A DNA stretch of 64,000 bases from Vitreimonas sp. (GCA_035627515.1 DASPLQ010000012.1:263269-327268), one strand, 5' to 3'; shown: positions 38,237 through 47,735, numbered from the stretch's first letter. Program-made: numbers and translations. The notes: generated from the sequence alone by a model not told the origin.

Positions 38237-38761
38237 ATGCCAAATCAACACAATCAACAACAAGTGGAAATCTTAAAAGAGAAATTAGCCAAAGCTAAAT
38301 CTTTAGCTATCGTCGATTACTCTGGTACTACCGTTAACCAACAAGTGAAATTGCGTGGTGAAATCAAAGAAGCTGGTGGCGAAATGTTTGTTACTAAAAA
38401 TCGCTTAATCAACATCGTGATTGGTCAAGGTAAATTAGAAGAATCACTTCATGGCATGAACGCCGTGGTCTTCTCCTACGAAGATGAAGTATCTGCTCTT
38501 AAAAAATTATTCACTTTTCACAAAGACACTGACAAATTAACCATCAAACAAGGCTGGATGGAAGACAAAATCCTGTCTGTCGAAGAAGTAGAAGCTTTGA
38601 GTAACCTCCCAGGCCGCTCAGAGTTGATGGCGACATTGATCTCACGCATCCAAGGCCCAGCTTACGGCTTAGTCAATGTTTTGAAGGCTTCCCAACGAGG
38701 CTTAGTTTATGCCTTACAAGCCTTAGCTGACAAAAAGAATTCAGAAGGCGCTACCGCCTAA
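38237..38761 (+). CDS. rplJ: 50S ribosomal protein L10
   Basis: [31 protein letters not shown]...MFVTKNRL. L10 signature. Confidence 0.85.
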   Translation: MPNQHNQQQVEILKEKLAKAKSLAIVDYSGTTVNQQVKLRGEIKEAGGEMFVTKNRLINIVIGQGKLEESLHGMNAVVFSYEDEVSALKKLFTFHKDTDKLTIKQGWMEDKILSVEEVEALSNLPGRSELMATLISRIQGPAYGLVNVLKASQRGLVYALQALADKKNSEGATA

Positions 38762-38866
38762 TTATTAATTAAAACAGGTATTAGAAATTAGGGATTAGTT
38801 AATAAACAAAAATCAAAACTAATACCTAACAACTAAAAACTAGTAACTATATAAAAGAAAGGAACT

Positions 38867-39250
38867 ATGTCTGACAAAGTTCAAAAAATCGTTGACTCAG
38901 TTTCAGAGCTTTCATTAATGGAAGTATCCGAGCTCGTCAAAGCCTTAGAAGAAAAATTCGGCGTGAGTGCCGCTGCCCCTATGATGATGGCTGGCCCTGC
39001 CGCCGGTGCTGCAGCTGCTGCTCCCGCTGAAGAGAAAACCGAGTTTGACGTCATCTTAAAAGACGCCGGTGCTAACAAAATTGGTGCCATCAAAGCTGTC
39101 CGCACTCTTAAACCTGAATTAGGTTTAGGTGAAGCTAAGACTTTCGTCGAAAAACTCCCAGCTACCGTCTTAGAGGCTGCTAAAAAGGAAGCTGCTGAAG
39201 CTGCCAAAAAAACCCTCGAAGAAGCTGGCTGTGTCGTTGAATTAAAATAA
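38867..39250 (+). CDS. rplL: 50S ribosomal protein L7/L12
   Basis: [33 protein letters not shown], an Ala/Pro hinge, and C-terminal [25 protein letters not shown]. Confidence 0.85.
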   Translation: MSDKVQKIVDSVSELSLMEVSELVKALEEKFGVSAAAPMMMAGPAAGAAAAAPAEEKTEFDVILKDAGANKIGAIKAVRTLKPELGLGEAKTFVEKLPATVLEAAKKEAAEAAKKTLEEAGCVVELK

Positions 39251-39290
39251 TTCATTGACCGCTCTTTCTTGCTTTTAAAAGCCTAATAGA

Positions 39291-39320
39291 CCCCTGCGCA
39301 ACCCGCAGGGGTTTTTGGTT
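39291..39320 (+). terminator. intrinsic terminator after rplL
   Basis: CCCCTGCG-caac-CCGCAGGGG followed by TTTTTGG. Confidence 0.55.
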
Positions 39321-39376
39321 ACATACGTATGTATTTTTATGCTCTCTCAAGACTGAGGGCCACTTAAAATCTATGA

Positions 39377-40075
39377 GTGATGCTAGATTTTAACCCTAAT
39401 CTTTATCTTGATGAGTCGAGGTTATTTCGCAACCCACCCGAGTGGTTACCAATTGATCTCTCTACGCTCCCCACTCAGGCTTTGGATAAATATGATTTAT
39501 CAAAGTGTGAGTTAACCCTAGTTTGTGGAACCTCCACCGCAGGAAAAACCACTCTCATAAATAAAGCTCTTTCACTAGCGCCTGACGTTCACTTCTTACC
39601 CCGAGCCACCTCTCGACCTCCGCGCCCCGGAGAACAAGATGGCATCGATTACTTTTTTTCGATCGAAAATCCCTTACTCTGGTCAACCTATGGCGGTTAT
39701 GAATATGCCATTACTGAACCTGTTATTGAACGCTTAAACCAGATCAAAAAAGCAGTTATGATTCAAGGCTTAGTCTATGCCTTAGTCCTGAAGGAATTGC
39801 TTCAACCACGAGGCGTGAAAGTCAAAATTATCTATGTTCTCCCCTCTTTGATCAGCGAGGGATATGAATGCACTTTAGAAATTATTGCTCGCCGCTTGCC
39901 ACTGCGACATGGGGCAACTCAACAACTACGCCTCAATAGTATTCGGGCTGAGTTGCAGTTTGTTTTTAAGAATTACACTAGTCTGATTGAAAAGGGACTC
40001 ATTTTTTTAGAAAATACTCCCGTAAAGACGGGTATTAATCTAAAAGCTGTGGCGAAGTTAGTAGCTCTCTTATAA
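39377..40075 (+). CDS. guanylate kinase-like P-loop kinase with ~50-aa N-terminal extension
   Basis: P-loop GTSTAGKTTL plus RATSRPPRPGEQDGIDYFF (compare Gmk TTR.PR.GE.DG.DY.F) and YGGYEYAIT. Confidence 0.55.
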   Translation: MMLDFNPNLYLDESRLFRNPPEWLPIDLSTLPTQALDKYDLSKCELTLVCGTSTAGKTTLINKALSLAPDVHFLPRATSRPPRPGEQDGIDYFFSIENPLLWSTYGGYEYAITEPVIERLNQIKKAVMIQGLVYALVLKELLQPRGVKVKIIYVLPSLISEGYECTLEIIARRLPLRHGATQQLRLNSIRAELQFVFKNYTSLIEKGLIFLENTPVKTGINLKAVAKLVALL

Positions 40076-41056
40076 AGTCATGGGACTCTCATCCCAGTTC
40101 TCCATCACTTCATCAAGTTGGGAAAATAACTGTTTCAAACTACCATCGTTAAATAGTGTGAGTTGAGCGGCTTGTTCGGTCTGAGAAATCTGAAATAATT
40201 TTTCCTCCGCTGTCTCTTGTTTTATAAACTCTGCCCAAGTTTGCGGATCTTTGCGTTCCCGCCGCTTCAGCAATCGCTGAAAGCGAATTTTGTCGTCAGA
40301 AACTACTACATTTATTAAGTAAAACTCTCGGCCAAAGTACTCACGAAAAGTGGCCACATTACTCACTGTCCTGATTCCTGAGACCGCCACTCTTTGCCAG
40401 CCTGCTTGGACCATGGTGATAACGGCTTGATCAGAAAAGTAACTACCACCATGTTGCGATAAATACCGAGCTGAAACAGCGTGTAAGTTTTCGCGCGTTA
40501 AAGCTAGATTTTCTTTAGTTGCAAGCGCTCGCACTAAATCGCTAATATTCAGCGTCTGGTAGCCATATCTATCTCTTAAATAATTGACAACTGTATCTTT
40601 GCCTGCTCCATTTTTTCCTACTAATCCAATTATTTTCTTTGGCTTTACCAAAGCCAAAGCCACTAAGTCCTCTCGCAACTGGGAGACTAGCGGAAGCGAT
40701 CCCAACTCACTTGGATCACACCATTGCCAATCATCGTGTTCAGCAGGGTCTACTTTAAGACTTGAGGCTATCCGGGAAGAAATGTGAAATAAAAACGGTG
40801 TAATTATCAGCTCCCGACCTTGATCATGAACCAATACCGGAAAACCTACTCTGTTAGCTAGACCGTTTAAGACCAACCCTACTTCCTCGGTAACTTCTCT
40901 TTTGACGGCCTCATATGGTGTTTCACCTCGCACTTGGTGACCAGAGACTACACCCCATCGACCCGGCTCAAAACGTCGGTGTTGATTGCGACGTAAAAGC
41001 AATATTTTACCGTCTGGTCGCTGCAGTACAGCTGCTACTACTCGCTTAGTTGGCAT
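40070..41056 (-). CDS. Nudix hydrolase fused to a P-loop (d)NMP/dephospho-CoA kinase-like domain; start placed at MPTKR
   Basis: Nudix box GVVSGHQVRGETPYEAVKREVTEEVGL. C-terminal P-loop IIGLVGKNGAGKDTV. An 11-nt overlap with the upstream NADAR gene implies an operon. Confidence 0.55.
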   Translation of the reverse strand: MPTKRVVAAVLQRPDGKILLLRRNQHRRFEPGRWGVVSGHQVRGETPYEAVKREVTEEVGLVLNGLANRVGFPVLVHDQGRELIITPFLFHISSRIASSLKVDPAEHDDWQWCDPSELGSLPLVSQLREDLVALALVKPKKIIGLVGKNGAGKDTVVNYLRDRYGYQTLNISDLVRALATKENLALTRENLHAVSARYLSQHGGSYFSDQAVITMVQAGWQRVAVSGIRTVSNVATFREYFGREFYLINVVVSDDKIRFQRLLKRRERKDPQTWAEFIKQETAEEKLFQISQTEQAAQLTLFNDGSLKQLFSQLDEVMENWDESPMTL

Positions 41057-41573
41057 CAAGGCTCTCTCGGATTTCCATCCATATTTTCCCGATAACGTTA
41101 CAACCAATTGCCTGCTGAGAATTAATTTGGCAAGCACCCCAAAAGGTATCATCAGGGCTCAATTCAACGAGATGTTTTCTGTTAGTTACTCTGAGGAGCG
41201 GCTCTACCTGTGAGCGGTGTTGGTCAAACTTCAACTGTAAACAGCGCTTCATCTGTGAGATCTTGATTTTTGACCACTCTGGTTGCCTCTCGGCTTCATA
41301 ACGTTTTTTTAGAGCTTTAGCTGCCTGCGGTGAGACCGCCAGGAACTGCTCGAAAATAGTATGATGTTGAAAGCTTAATGCAAAATAAAGGTTCTCCACG
41401 CTCGGCCACGTATGCCCAACAAACTGAATGGGAAAGTCGAGATGTAGATTGGAGAAAGCACCCCACTCACCTCTGGGATCATAAAAGCTAATCACTTCTG
41501 GCAAATAATACTGCTCAATATTTTTATACATATGGTAAAAAAGTAATTGTATTTTTTCTTGATTAAAATACAA
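41046..41573 (-). CDS. NADAR (YbiA/DUF1768) family protein
   Basis: FYDPRGEWGAFSNLHLDFPIQFVGHTWPSVENLYFALSF plus a C-terminal WG motif, typical of the NADAR domain. Confidence 0.6.
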   Translation of the reverse strand: MYFNQEKIQLLFYHMYKNIEQYYLPEVISFYDPRGEWGAFSNLHLDFPIQFVGHTWPSVENLYFALSFQHHTIFEQFLAVSPQAAKALKKRYEAERQPEWSKIKISQMKRCLQLKFDQHRSQVEPLLRVTNRKHLVELSPDDTFWGACQINSQQAIGCNVIGKIWMEIRESLDAN

Positions 41574-41609
41574 TAAATTTTGTATGTATCTACGTAATAA
41601 AAAAATGAC

Positions 41610-42176
41610 ATGACAATCTTTTTTTCCAGCTCATACCGAGGTCTCTCTAAATATGAACGCAACTACGAGTTAATCTTGCGCACGCTTCAAGAGTTCAAAA
41701 GTATCAAAGTCATCTCCCCTCTTCTGAAGTCAAGCTACCAACCGTTAGTGGAAGCTGTCCTCCATCGTGATCTAAGTACTAAAGACCGCTATGAGGAATA
41801 TCAGGCTATGCGCCAAGCAATTCGCGCAGCTGATGCCGTCATTTTCGAAGTTACTCAAGAAAGCTTTCAAATTGGTTATGAAACTACTTTTGCGTTAAGC
41901 GAAAAAAAACCAGTTTTATGTTTATCACTTGAAGAAGATTTTAGTAAACGCCTTCAAAATGATTATTTCTTTGGCACTCGCTACAGTGAACAAACTCTCA
42001 AACCAATCATCCAAGACTTTCTAGCCGAAGTTCGGGATCGTCACCTGAGTAAACGCTTCAATCTCTTTCTCTACCCTCATCAAATTGCTCATCTGCAGCA
42101 GCAGGGTAATAAACATGGCATGAACATGTCGGAGTACGTACGACATTTGATTAACCAAGATAAGCAAGCGAAGTAA
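41610..42176 (+). CDS. nucleoside 2-deoxyribosyltransferase-like domain fused to a C-terminal ribbon-helix-helix-like tail
   Basis: IFFSSSY near the N-terminus and ADAVIFEVTQESFQIGYETTFALSEKKPVLCL (compare the NDT catalytic Glu region). C-terminal FNLFLYPHQIAHLQQQGNKHGMNMSEYVRHLI resembles an RHH DNA-binding fold. Confidence 0.35.
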   Translation: MTIFFSSSYRGLSKYERNYELILRTLQEFKSIKVISPLLKSSYQPLVEAVLHRDLSTKDRYEEYQAMRQAIRAADAVIFEVTQESFQIGYETTFALSEKKPVLCLSLEEDFSKRLQNDYFFGTRYSEQTLKPIIQDFLAEVRDRHLSKRFNLFLYPHQIAHLQQQGNKHGMNMSEYVRHLINQDKQAK

Positions 42177-42560
42177 TCCCCAACCTAATAGCTTTTTTAA
42201 ATCATCGTTTTTAACTTGAGATGTTTTACAAAGTTTTCCACAGTTGAAATACTATAGGTTTTACCTTATTTTATTATAGGTTTTAACTGTTAATTAGTTG
42301 TTCGGAGCTATTGTAGCTCTACCCGAAACCTTTTGACTCCGCTTGTGGATGAATAATTTTTCTCATTGGTGTTCTTTTTTCAAAACTGCTACTTGACCTA
42401 GTTACGCACACTCTGCTACTTTTAATACAGCAAAGCTCACTTTTGAACTATTCCTCATTTACCGGACTTTGTAGTAATTACATCGCAATGAGAGTGTTAT
42501 AGTTACCAAAAAATTAACAAACTATAGGCTTAAACTTGCAGCACAGAAAGGCCACCTGCC

Positions 42561-42839
42561 ATGAATAACCAATCAGATTCCCCTAACTCCACTGCCGCCA
42601 TGGATGATAAGCGCACAGGGCGAGCTGATGACGCTAATAAATTAGATATCAACAACTTACCTGATTTATTGACTGTCAGAGAAGTGGCCGATTTACTGCG
42701 AGTTTCCCCTTTAACTATTAAGCGCTGGGGTAAACGTGGCAAATTACCTGCTATCCGCATCAATTCTCGAGGAGATCGTCGTTACAAAAAAGAAGCCGTG
42801 ATGTGGTTATTGGGCGTCAACCCTACCGACGATGAATAA
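42561..42839 (+). CDS. excisionase/MerR-type helix-turn-helix DNA-binding protein (HTH_17)
   Basis: LLTVREVADLLRVSPLTIKRWGKRGKLPAIRINSRGDRRYKKEAV. No adjacent integrase. Confidence 0.55.
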   Translation: MNNQSDSPNSTAAMDDKRTGRADDANKLDINNLPDLLTVREVADLLRVSPLTIKRWGKRGKLPAIRINSRGDRRYKKEAVMWLLGVNPTDDE

Positions 42840-42861
42840 GATTTAAAGTAATGTCATCTCA

Positions 42862-42892
42862 ACTCCCCCGCTCAGCGGGGGAGTTTTTTGTA
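42862..42892. terminator. intrinsic terminator (bidirectional) between convergent genes
   Basis: AACTCCCCCGC-tcag-CGGGGGAGTT followed by TTTTTTG. Confidence 0.5.
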
Positions 42893-42919
42893 GCCATTGC
42901 CCACCACACCTTGTGGCTG

Positions 42920-43666
42920 CTACTTGAGGAATTCTTTGAGTGTCAGCCAACCAAAAGTGATTAAACGAAGTTGTCTGCGCCACCGCCAAGGTTGCTGCAC
43001 CAATCTATATAACCACTCTATGCCCCAGGTAGCAACCCAGCGGGGCGGTCGGCTAAGACGACCAGTGAGAGTATCGAATGCTCCCCCGACTACCATCAGT
43101 AATCGCACTTGATTAGTCTCTAGCATTTCGCGATGAGAAACAACCCATTTTTCCTGATACGGAGCTCCAAAAGCAACAAAGACGATAGCTGGCTTAAGCC
43201 TCTGTAAACGACGTTTAATTAGCGCTTCTTCGTCGTCAGTAGGATGCTTGACATCTGCATAGCCAGGCAACCATTCCCAATCGGGATGGTCACTCTGGTC
43301 ATAGTCTCGGCCACCAATCACTACTACTGATGCGTTCTGTTCTCGAGCCATGGTGATCAAATCTTCCACCACTTCTCTGCCCCCAATTCTTTCTGGCAGC
43401 GGTTTGACGGGCTGACGCCAGGCCAAGATTCGTGAGGCTATGACTAAGCCCACCCCATCCGGAAGTAAAAAATCGGCTTGTTTGAGAACACTCAGAAACG
43501 ATGAATCATCGTGAGCTTGCACTATCTGTTCAGGGTTAGGAGTAAAAATATAGGCTGTTGTTCTCGAGCGAGACAGATGGGCACTAAGCTCATTTAGCAG
43601 TGTTTTCTTGTCTTTGCTAAAAATCGGGAGGCCGAATAAATAGCTTGTTTGATCGTTATTTTTCAT
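42920..43666 (-). CDS. WecB/TagA/CpsF-family glycosyltransferase
   Basis: Domain pattern LLPDGVGLV...GGRDYDQ...VFVAFGAPYQEKW...RPPRWVATWGIEWLYRLVQQPWRWRR typical of TagA/WecG. Confidence 0.65.
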   Translation of the reverse strand: MKNNDQTSYLFGLPIFSKDKKTLLNELSAHLSRSRTTAYIFTPNPEQIVQAHDDSSFLSVLKQADFLLPDGVGLVIASRILAWRQPVKPLPERIGGREVVEDLITMAREQNASVVVIGGRDYDQSDHPDWEWLPGYADVKHPTDDEEALIKRRLQRLKPAIVFVAFGAPYQEKWVVSHREMLETNQVRLLMVVGGAFDTLTGRLSRPPRWVATWGIEWLYRLVQQPWRWRRQLRLITFGWLTLKEFLK

Positions 43667-44190
43667 GTTTTTATGTGAGAGTTAGCGGACAAAAAAAGCG
43701 AATAACCCCCTAAGACATTGTGCCTAAAAACTGCTGATTTGTGAATACTGGGTGTTCAGTGTCTGAACACTTTGCGGGCACCTTTTCTTCATTCGGTTTT
43801 TATTAGTGTTTTTTACTTTTTAGCCGCTGTTTTTAATGATTATACAGAATTAACTCAGTTTTTAAACGCAACTTTGGCCTGGAAACCAACGTAGCATGGT
43901 AAAATTGTCTTCCTTTTTATACAAATTGAGTAAATTTATTTCAGATCTCATCGGCAAAAATGGTGAAAATAATTAATTTTCATGAATTTTGACAGTTTCC
44001 AACTGAGCAACAAATGTAAGAACCAGGCAGAATGCGTAACAGTAGCGGTCAAAAATAAGCCTATAAAAATAGGATGTCGCAAACACGTTATTTTTGGCCA
44101 TTAAAAATGTGTTGGAACTAAAAAGGACAATAAAGCCCGAAGTCAAGAAAAACGTCACATGTGGAAGAAAAAGACTAGGCAGTGTGCTTT

Positions 44191-44505
44191 TTAAGCACTT
44201 GGTTGCCACTGGAATTGAGTCAGATCTACTTTATGCCCAGCAATAACTACTCCTTCTTGGCGGAGTTTCACAATTTGACCAAACCGTTCACCAAAGGCAT
44301 AGCCATCAGCGACGTGACCATCAGACCTAATGACTCGGTGACAGGGATATTTATCCGCATCCGGGTTGTGATGCAGGATCCGCCCCACATGGCGAGCATT
44401 TTTCAAACCTACCAATAAAGCAATTTGCTTGTAGGTGGCCACTTTTCCTCGAGGAATTTGCGTTAAGATTTCAAAAACTTGGTGGTGCATTTCCGGCGTT
44501 AACAT
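44191..44505 (-). CDS. MGMT-family protein (O6-alkylguanine-DNA alkyltransferase DNA-binding/active-site domain only)
   Basis: IPRGKVATYKQIALLVG...ARHVGRIL...YPCHRVIRSDG contains the PCHRV active-site motif. Confidence 0.65.
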   Translation of the reverse strand: MLTPEMHHQVFEILTQIPRGKVATYKQIALLVGLKNARHVGRILHHNPDADKYPCHRVIRSDGHVADGYAFGERFGQIVKLRQEGVVIAGHKVDLTQFQWQPSA

Positions 44506-44534
44506 TGGCTGGTAGTATACAATATAGATAGCTT

Positions 44535-45959
44535 ATGACGTTTTCTGAATTGCGTACTGCATATCCTCGCTTTATTTATCAAAACTATAGTTGGAACCTT
44601 ACCGATAACGGCTTAGAACTAGAGTTCTCTTATCTCAATGAAGGCACAGAGCTACTTGCCTTTACACATCGCGTGGTATTTGAAGCTGTAACGAGTGATC
44701 ACGTAGCTGCCATTGATCCAGCTGCCCTCAAAACTTATATCTTTAACATCGGCTTAGTGGAGATGCTCAGTTATTGGAAAGCCACCTGCTCACCAGAAAT
44801 TGTGATCGAAGCTGGTCCGCTCTCAGCCTCCCAAATCGAGTGGTGGCACGACCTGCTCATGCAAGGCATGGGCGAGTTTTTCTTCGTCAATACCATTGAT
44901 TTTACGCCCTCAGATTTTGTACGTATTACCGCCCAAACTTCAGCTGACACAGCCATACCAACTCCTCTCAGCTCCACTTCCGCGGGGACACGGACGTTAA
45001 TCCCAGTCGGAGGTGGCAAAGATTCAGCTCTGACCATCGAACTCCTTAAACAGCACCACGCCGCCGAGACGTTGGGTTGTTTACTCATTAATCCTACTGG
45101 AGCTGCACAAGATTTGGCCGCACTGAGCGGCTTAGCCGCCCATCGCATCACTCGCCGCTTAGATCATCACCTTTTTGGACTCAATGAGCGCGGTTTTCTC
45201 AACGGCCATGTGCCCTTTTCCGCCTCAGTAGCTTTCATTAGTACACTAGGCGCACGATTGTGGGGCTATGACTACATTGCGATTTCTAATGAACGCAGCT
45301 CCAATGAAGGCAGCGTCTGGTTTCATGATCACTACATCAATCATCAGTACTCTAAAACTTTTGAGTTTGAGTCCAATTTCCAAACCTATCTGCGCCAAAT
45401 AATCGCTGATCCACAACTTCCCTTATACTTTTCCTTTTTGCGACCGTTATATGAACTACAGATTGCCCAAGTCTTTGCCAAAGTAGCTGGTGGCAATCAA
45501 CCATTATTGACCAGCTTCCGCAGCTGTAACCGCGGTCAAAAACAAAACATCTGGTGCGGCGAGTGCCCCAAATGTTTATTTGCGTACGCCATTCTCTACC
45601 CCTTTTTATCTCACGAGAGCATGGTGAAGATTTTTGGCCAAGATTTGTGGGCCAACCAGTCATTGTGGCCTATTGCCGCCGAACTGCTGGGTTATGCCGA
45701 AAAGAAGCCGCTAGAATGCGTAGGAACCCATGAAGAAAACGTGTCTGCCTTTTGGTTAAGCGCTGAAAAATTGCGGGCTGATGACAAACCCCTGCCGGCA
45801 TTGCTCCAACAAGCATTCAATGTTATCAATGAACGCGAACAAGCTTTACCTGGCCGCGCTGACGCCGTCTTGCACAGTTGGAACCCAGAACACTCACTGC
45901 CCACTCAATTTGAAAAAACCTTACGGGCTGCGCTGGACTCGCCAGAGGCAGTAGGATAA
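44535..45959 (+). CDS. PP-loop ATP pyrophosphatase-family protein with C-terminal Cys cluster
   Basis: IPVGGGKDSALT (SGGxDS-type PP-loop) at about residue 155, then CNRGQKQNIWCGECPKC. The N-terminal ~150 aa are of unknown fold. Confidence 0.45.
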   Translation: MTFSELRTAYPRFIYQNYSWNLTDNGLELEFSYLNEGTELLAFTHRVVFEAVTSDHVAAIDPAALKTYIFNIGLVEMLSYWKATCSPEIVIEAGPLSASQIEWWHDLLMQGMGEFFFVNTIDFTPSDFVRITAQTSADTAIPTPLSSTSAGTRTLIPVGGGKDSALTIELLKQHHAAETLGCLLINPTGAAQDLAALSGLAAHRITRRLDHHLFGLNERGFLNGHVPFSASVAFISTLGARLWGYDYIAISNERSSNEGSVWFHDHYINHQYSKTFEFESNFQTYLRQIIADPQLPLYFSFLRPLYELQIAQVFAKVAGGNQPLLTSFRSCNRGQKQNIWCGECPKCLFAYAILYPFLSHESMVKIFGQDLWANQSLWPIAAELLGYAEKKPLECVGTHEENVSAFWLSAEKLRADDKPLPALLQQAFNVINEREQALPGRADAVLHSWNPEHSLPTQFEKTLRAALDSPEAVG

Positions 45960-45965
45960 AAAGTC

Positions 45966-47405
45966 ATGTCATTTATTTTCGATCCCTCTCTCAACCACCT
46001 CGTTATTTTTGGCTTGGGGCGGGAGGGGTGGTCCAGCTGGCAGTTTTTTCACCATCATCAACCTGATTTAACTGTCACGTTAGTGGATGATAAGCCTTTG
46101 AGTGAGCTCGCGCCCCAGTGGCAAACTGCGGTCGCTAACTCATCGCGAGTGCGTTTTTTTACAAGCGCTGAGCTTGACCACTCGGGTTGGGATAACCAGA
46201 CCTTGTTGATCAAAACCGCTGGCATTCCCTACACTCACCCTCTCTTACAAGCCGCCACAGCCCGCCACCTCTCCATTACTACCAATACGCAGTTATTTTT
46301 TGAGCTCACTAACACTACGGCTTTTCTGGCTGAGCAGGGTTTGAGTAACTATCCACTGAGTACTATTGGTGTGACAGGTACTAAAGGTAAAAGTACTACC
46401 ACCTCGGTTATTTATCACGTTTTAAAAGAGAATCAGCAACCGATCGTGGTAGGCGGCAACATCGGAGTGCCACCATTAGATTTGTGGCCAGAGTTGAGTC
46501 AGCTCGCTTCTCACCATCCCCCTCAAACAACCTTACTAATCGCTTTGGAATTATCCTGTCACCAACTCTCCGACCTACGCACTAGTCCTCATATAGCAGT
46601 GGTCCAGGATATTACCCCGGAGCACTTAGACTATTACGCCACCTTTGAAGAGTATGTGGCAGCTAAAGCTCACATTACTGCCTTCCAAACCCCTAATGAC
46701 TATGTAATTTATAACCCGGAGTTTGCTCAACCCCGCCAGTTAGCTGAAGCCAGTTCTGCTCATAAACTTCCTCTCACCGAGTTCACTGTCACCAGTGATG
46801 AACTGCTTTATCGTAATCAATTTATCATTAAACTCAGCGATATTCCCCTCAAAGGCCAGTTCAATCTGCAGAACGTAATGCCAGCCATTGTAATTGGTGC
46901 ACAGTTAGGCTTATCAGCCGAAGCCATGGCTGCGGCCATCAAAACCTTCCTCCCCCTTTCCCACCGCCTAGAGTTAGTGGGCACGGCTCAGGGTGTGGAG
47001 TACTACAATGACTCCCTGTCCACTACTCCAGTTGCGACTATCGCCGCTCTGGATAGTTTTGCTCAGCAACCTGTGGTATTAGTGGCGGGTGGATATGATC
47101 GACACTTGGAATATGATGAGCTGGCGCGAAAAATTGTAGCTTCATCAGTGACCGGCCTGGTGCTCTTTCCTAATACCGGCGAACGCATCTGGGCAGCAGT
47201 TGAACGCGCTGACGCAAACAAAGCTGCTCAGTTACCTCATGTATTTGTTGAAGAAATGCCGGAAGCAGTCCAGCACGCGGCGCAACTAGCCGCCGCGGGC
47301 GGGGTGGTGCTGCTCAGCCCTGCCAGTGCTAGTTTTAATCACTTCAAAGATTACGCTGACCGCGGCCATCAATTTGCAGCTGCAGTCGCGGCTTTACCCC
47401 AGTAA
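45966..47405 (+). CDS. Mur-ligase family protein, MurD-like
   Basis: N-terminal Rossmann-like IFGLGREGWS, central GVTGTKGKSTTTSV ATP-binding motif, C-terminal Mur-ligase domain. 6 nt downstream of the PP-loop gene. Confidence 0.55.
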   Translation: MSFIFDPSLNHLVIFGLGREGWSSWQFFHHHQPDLTVTLVDDKPLSELAPQWQTAVANSSRVRFFTSAELDHSGWDNQTLLIKTAGIPYTHPLLQAATARHLSITTNTQLFFELTNTTAFLAEQGLSNYPLSTIGVTGTKGKSTTTSVIYHVLKENQQPIVVGGNIGVPPLDLWPELSQLASHHPPQTTLLIALELSCHQLSDLRTSPHIAVVQDITPEHLDYYATFEEYVAAKAHITAFQTPNDYVIYNPEFAQPRQLAEASSAHKLPLTEFTVTSDELLYRNQFIIKLSDIPLKGQFNLQNVMPAIVIGAQLGLSAEAMAAAIKTFLPLSHRLELVGTAQGVEYYNDSLSTTPVATIAALDSFAQQPVVLVAGGYDRHLEYDELARKIVASSVTGLVLFPNTGERIWAAVERADANKAAQLPHVFVEEMPEAVQHAAQLAAAGGVVLLSPASASFNHFKDYADRGHQFAAAVAALPQ

Positions 47406-47735
47406 TTAACTCTTAAAGATTCCCAGCACCGAAGCGGTGGCACCAGTCACGATACTGAAAAATAAGGCTGCTAAAAAGCCATCGAGATCGAAACCGGGGA
47501 CAATTGCCGCCACCAACATCACCAGCGCCGCATTAATCACCAAAGAAAATAAACCGAGGGTGACAAAGTTAATGGGAAAAGTGAGCAGTTTTAAGATCGG
47601 TCGAATAAAGGTGTTTACTAACCCTAACACCACCACAATCCAAAAGGCCGACAGAATGCCATCTACATATACCCCGGGAACTAAGTAAGCGGCAACGCCG
47701 ATCGCCAACATATTAATCAATAAACTCGCAATCAT
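47406..47735 (-). CDS. YvlD/DUF360 (phage holin 4-2-like) small membrane protein
   Basis: 109 aa, 4 TM. GVAAYLVPGV...NTFIRPILKLLTFP pattern. Confidence 0.5.
   Translation of the reverse strand: MIASLLINMLAIGVAAYLVPGVYVDGILSAFWIVVVLGLVNTFIRPILKLLTFPINFVTLGLFSLVINAALVMLVAAIVPGFDLDGFLAALFFSIVTGATASVLGIFKS

Noticed and set aside
38881-39255. 124-aa antisense ORF
   Set aside because: Antisense to rplL. Its Ala-rich composition mirrors the L7/L12 hinge.
43973-44209. 78-aa hydrophobic ORF overlapping the MGMT-like gene start
   Set aside because: Possibly a real small membrane protein, but it has no RBS, is very AT-rich and has an odd 19-nt overlap. Not called.
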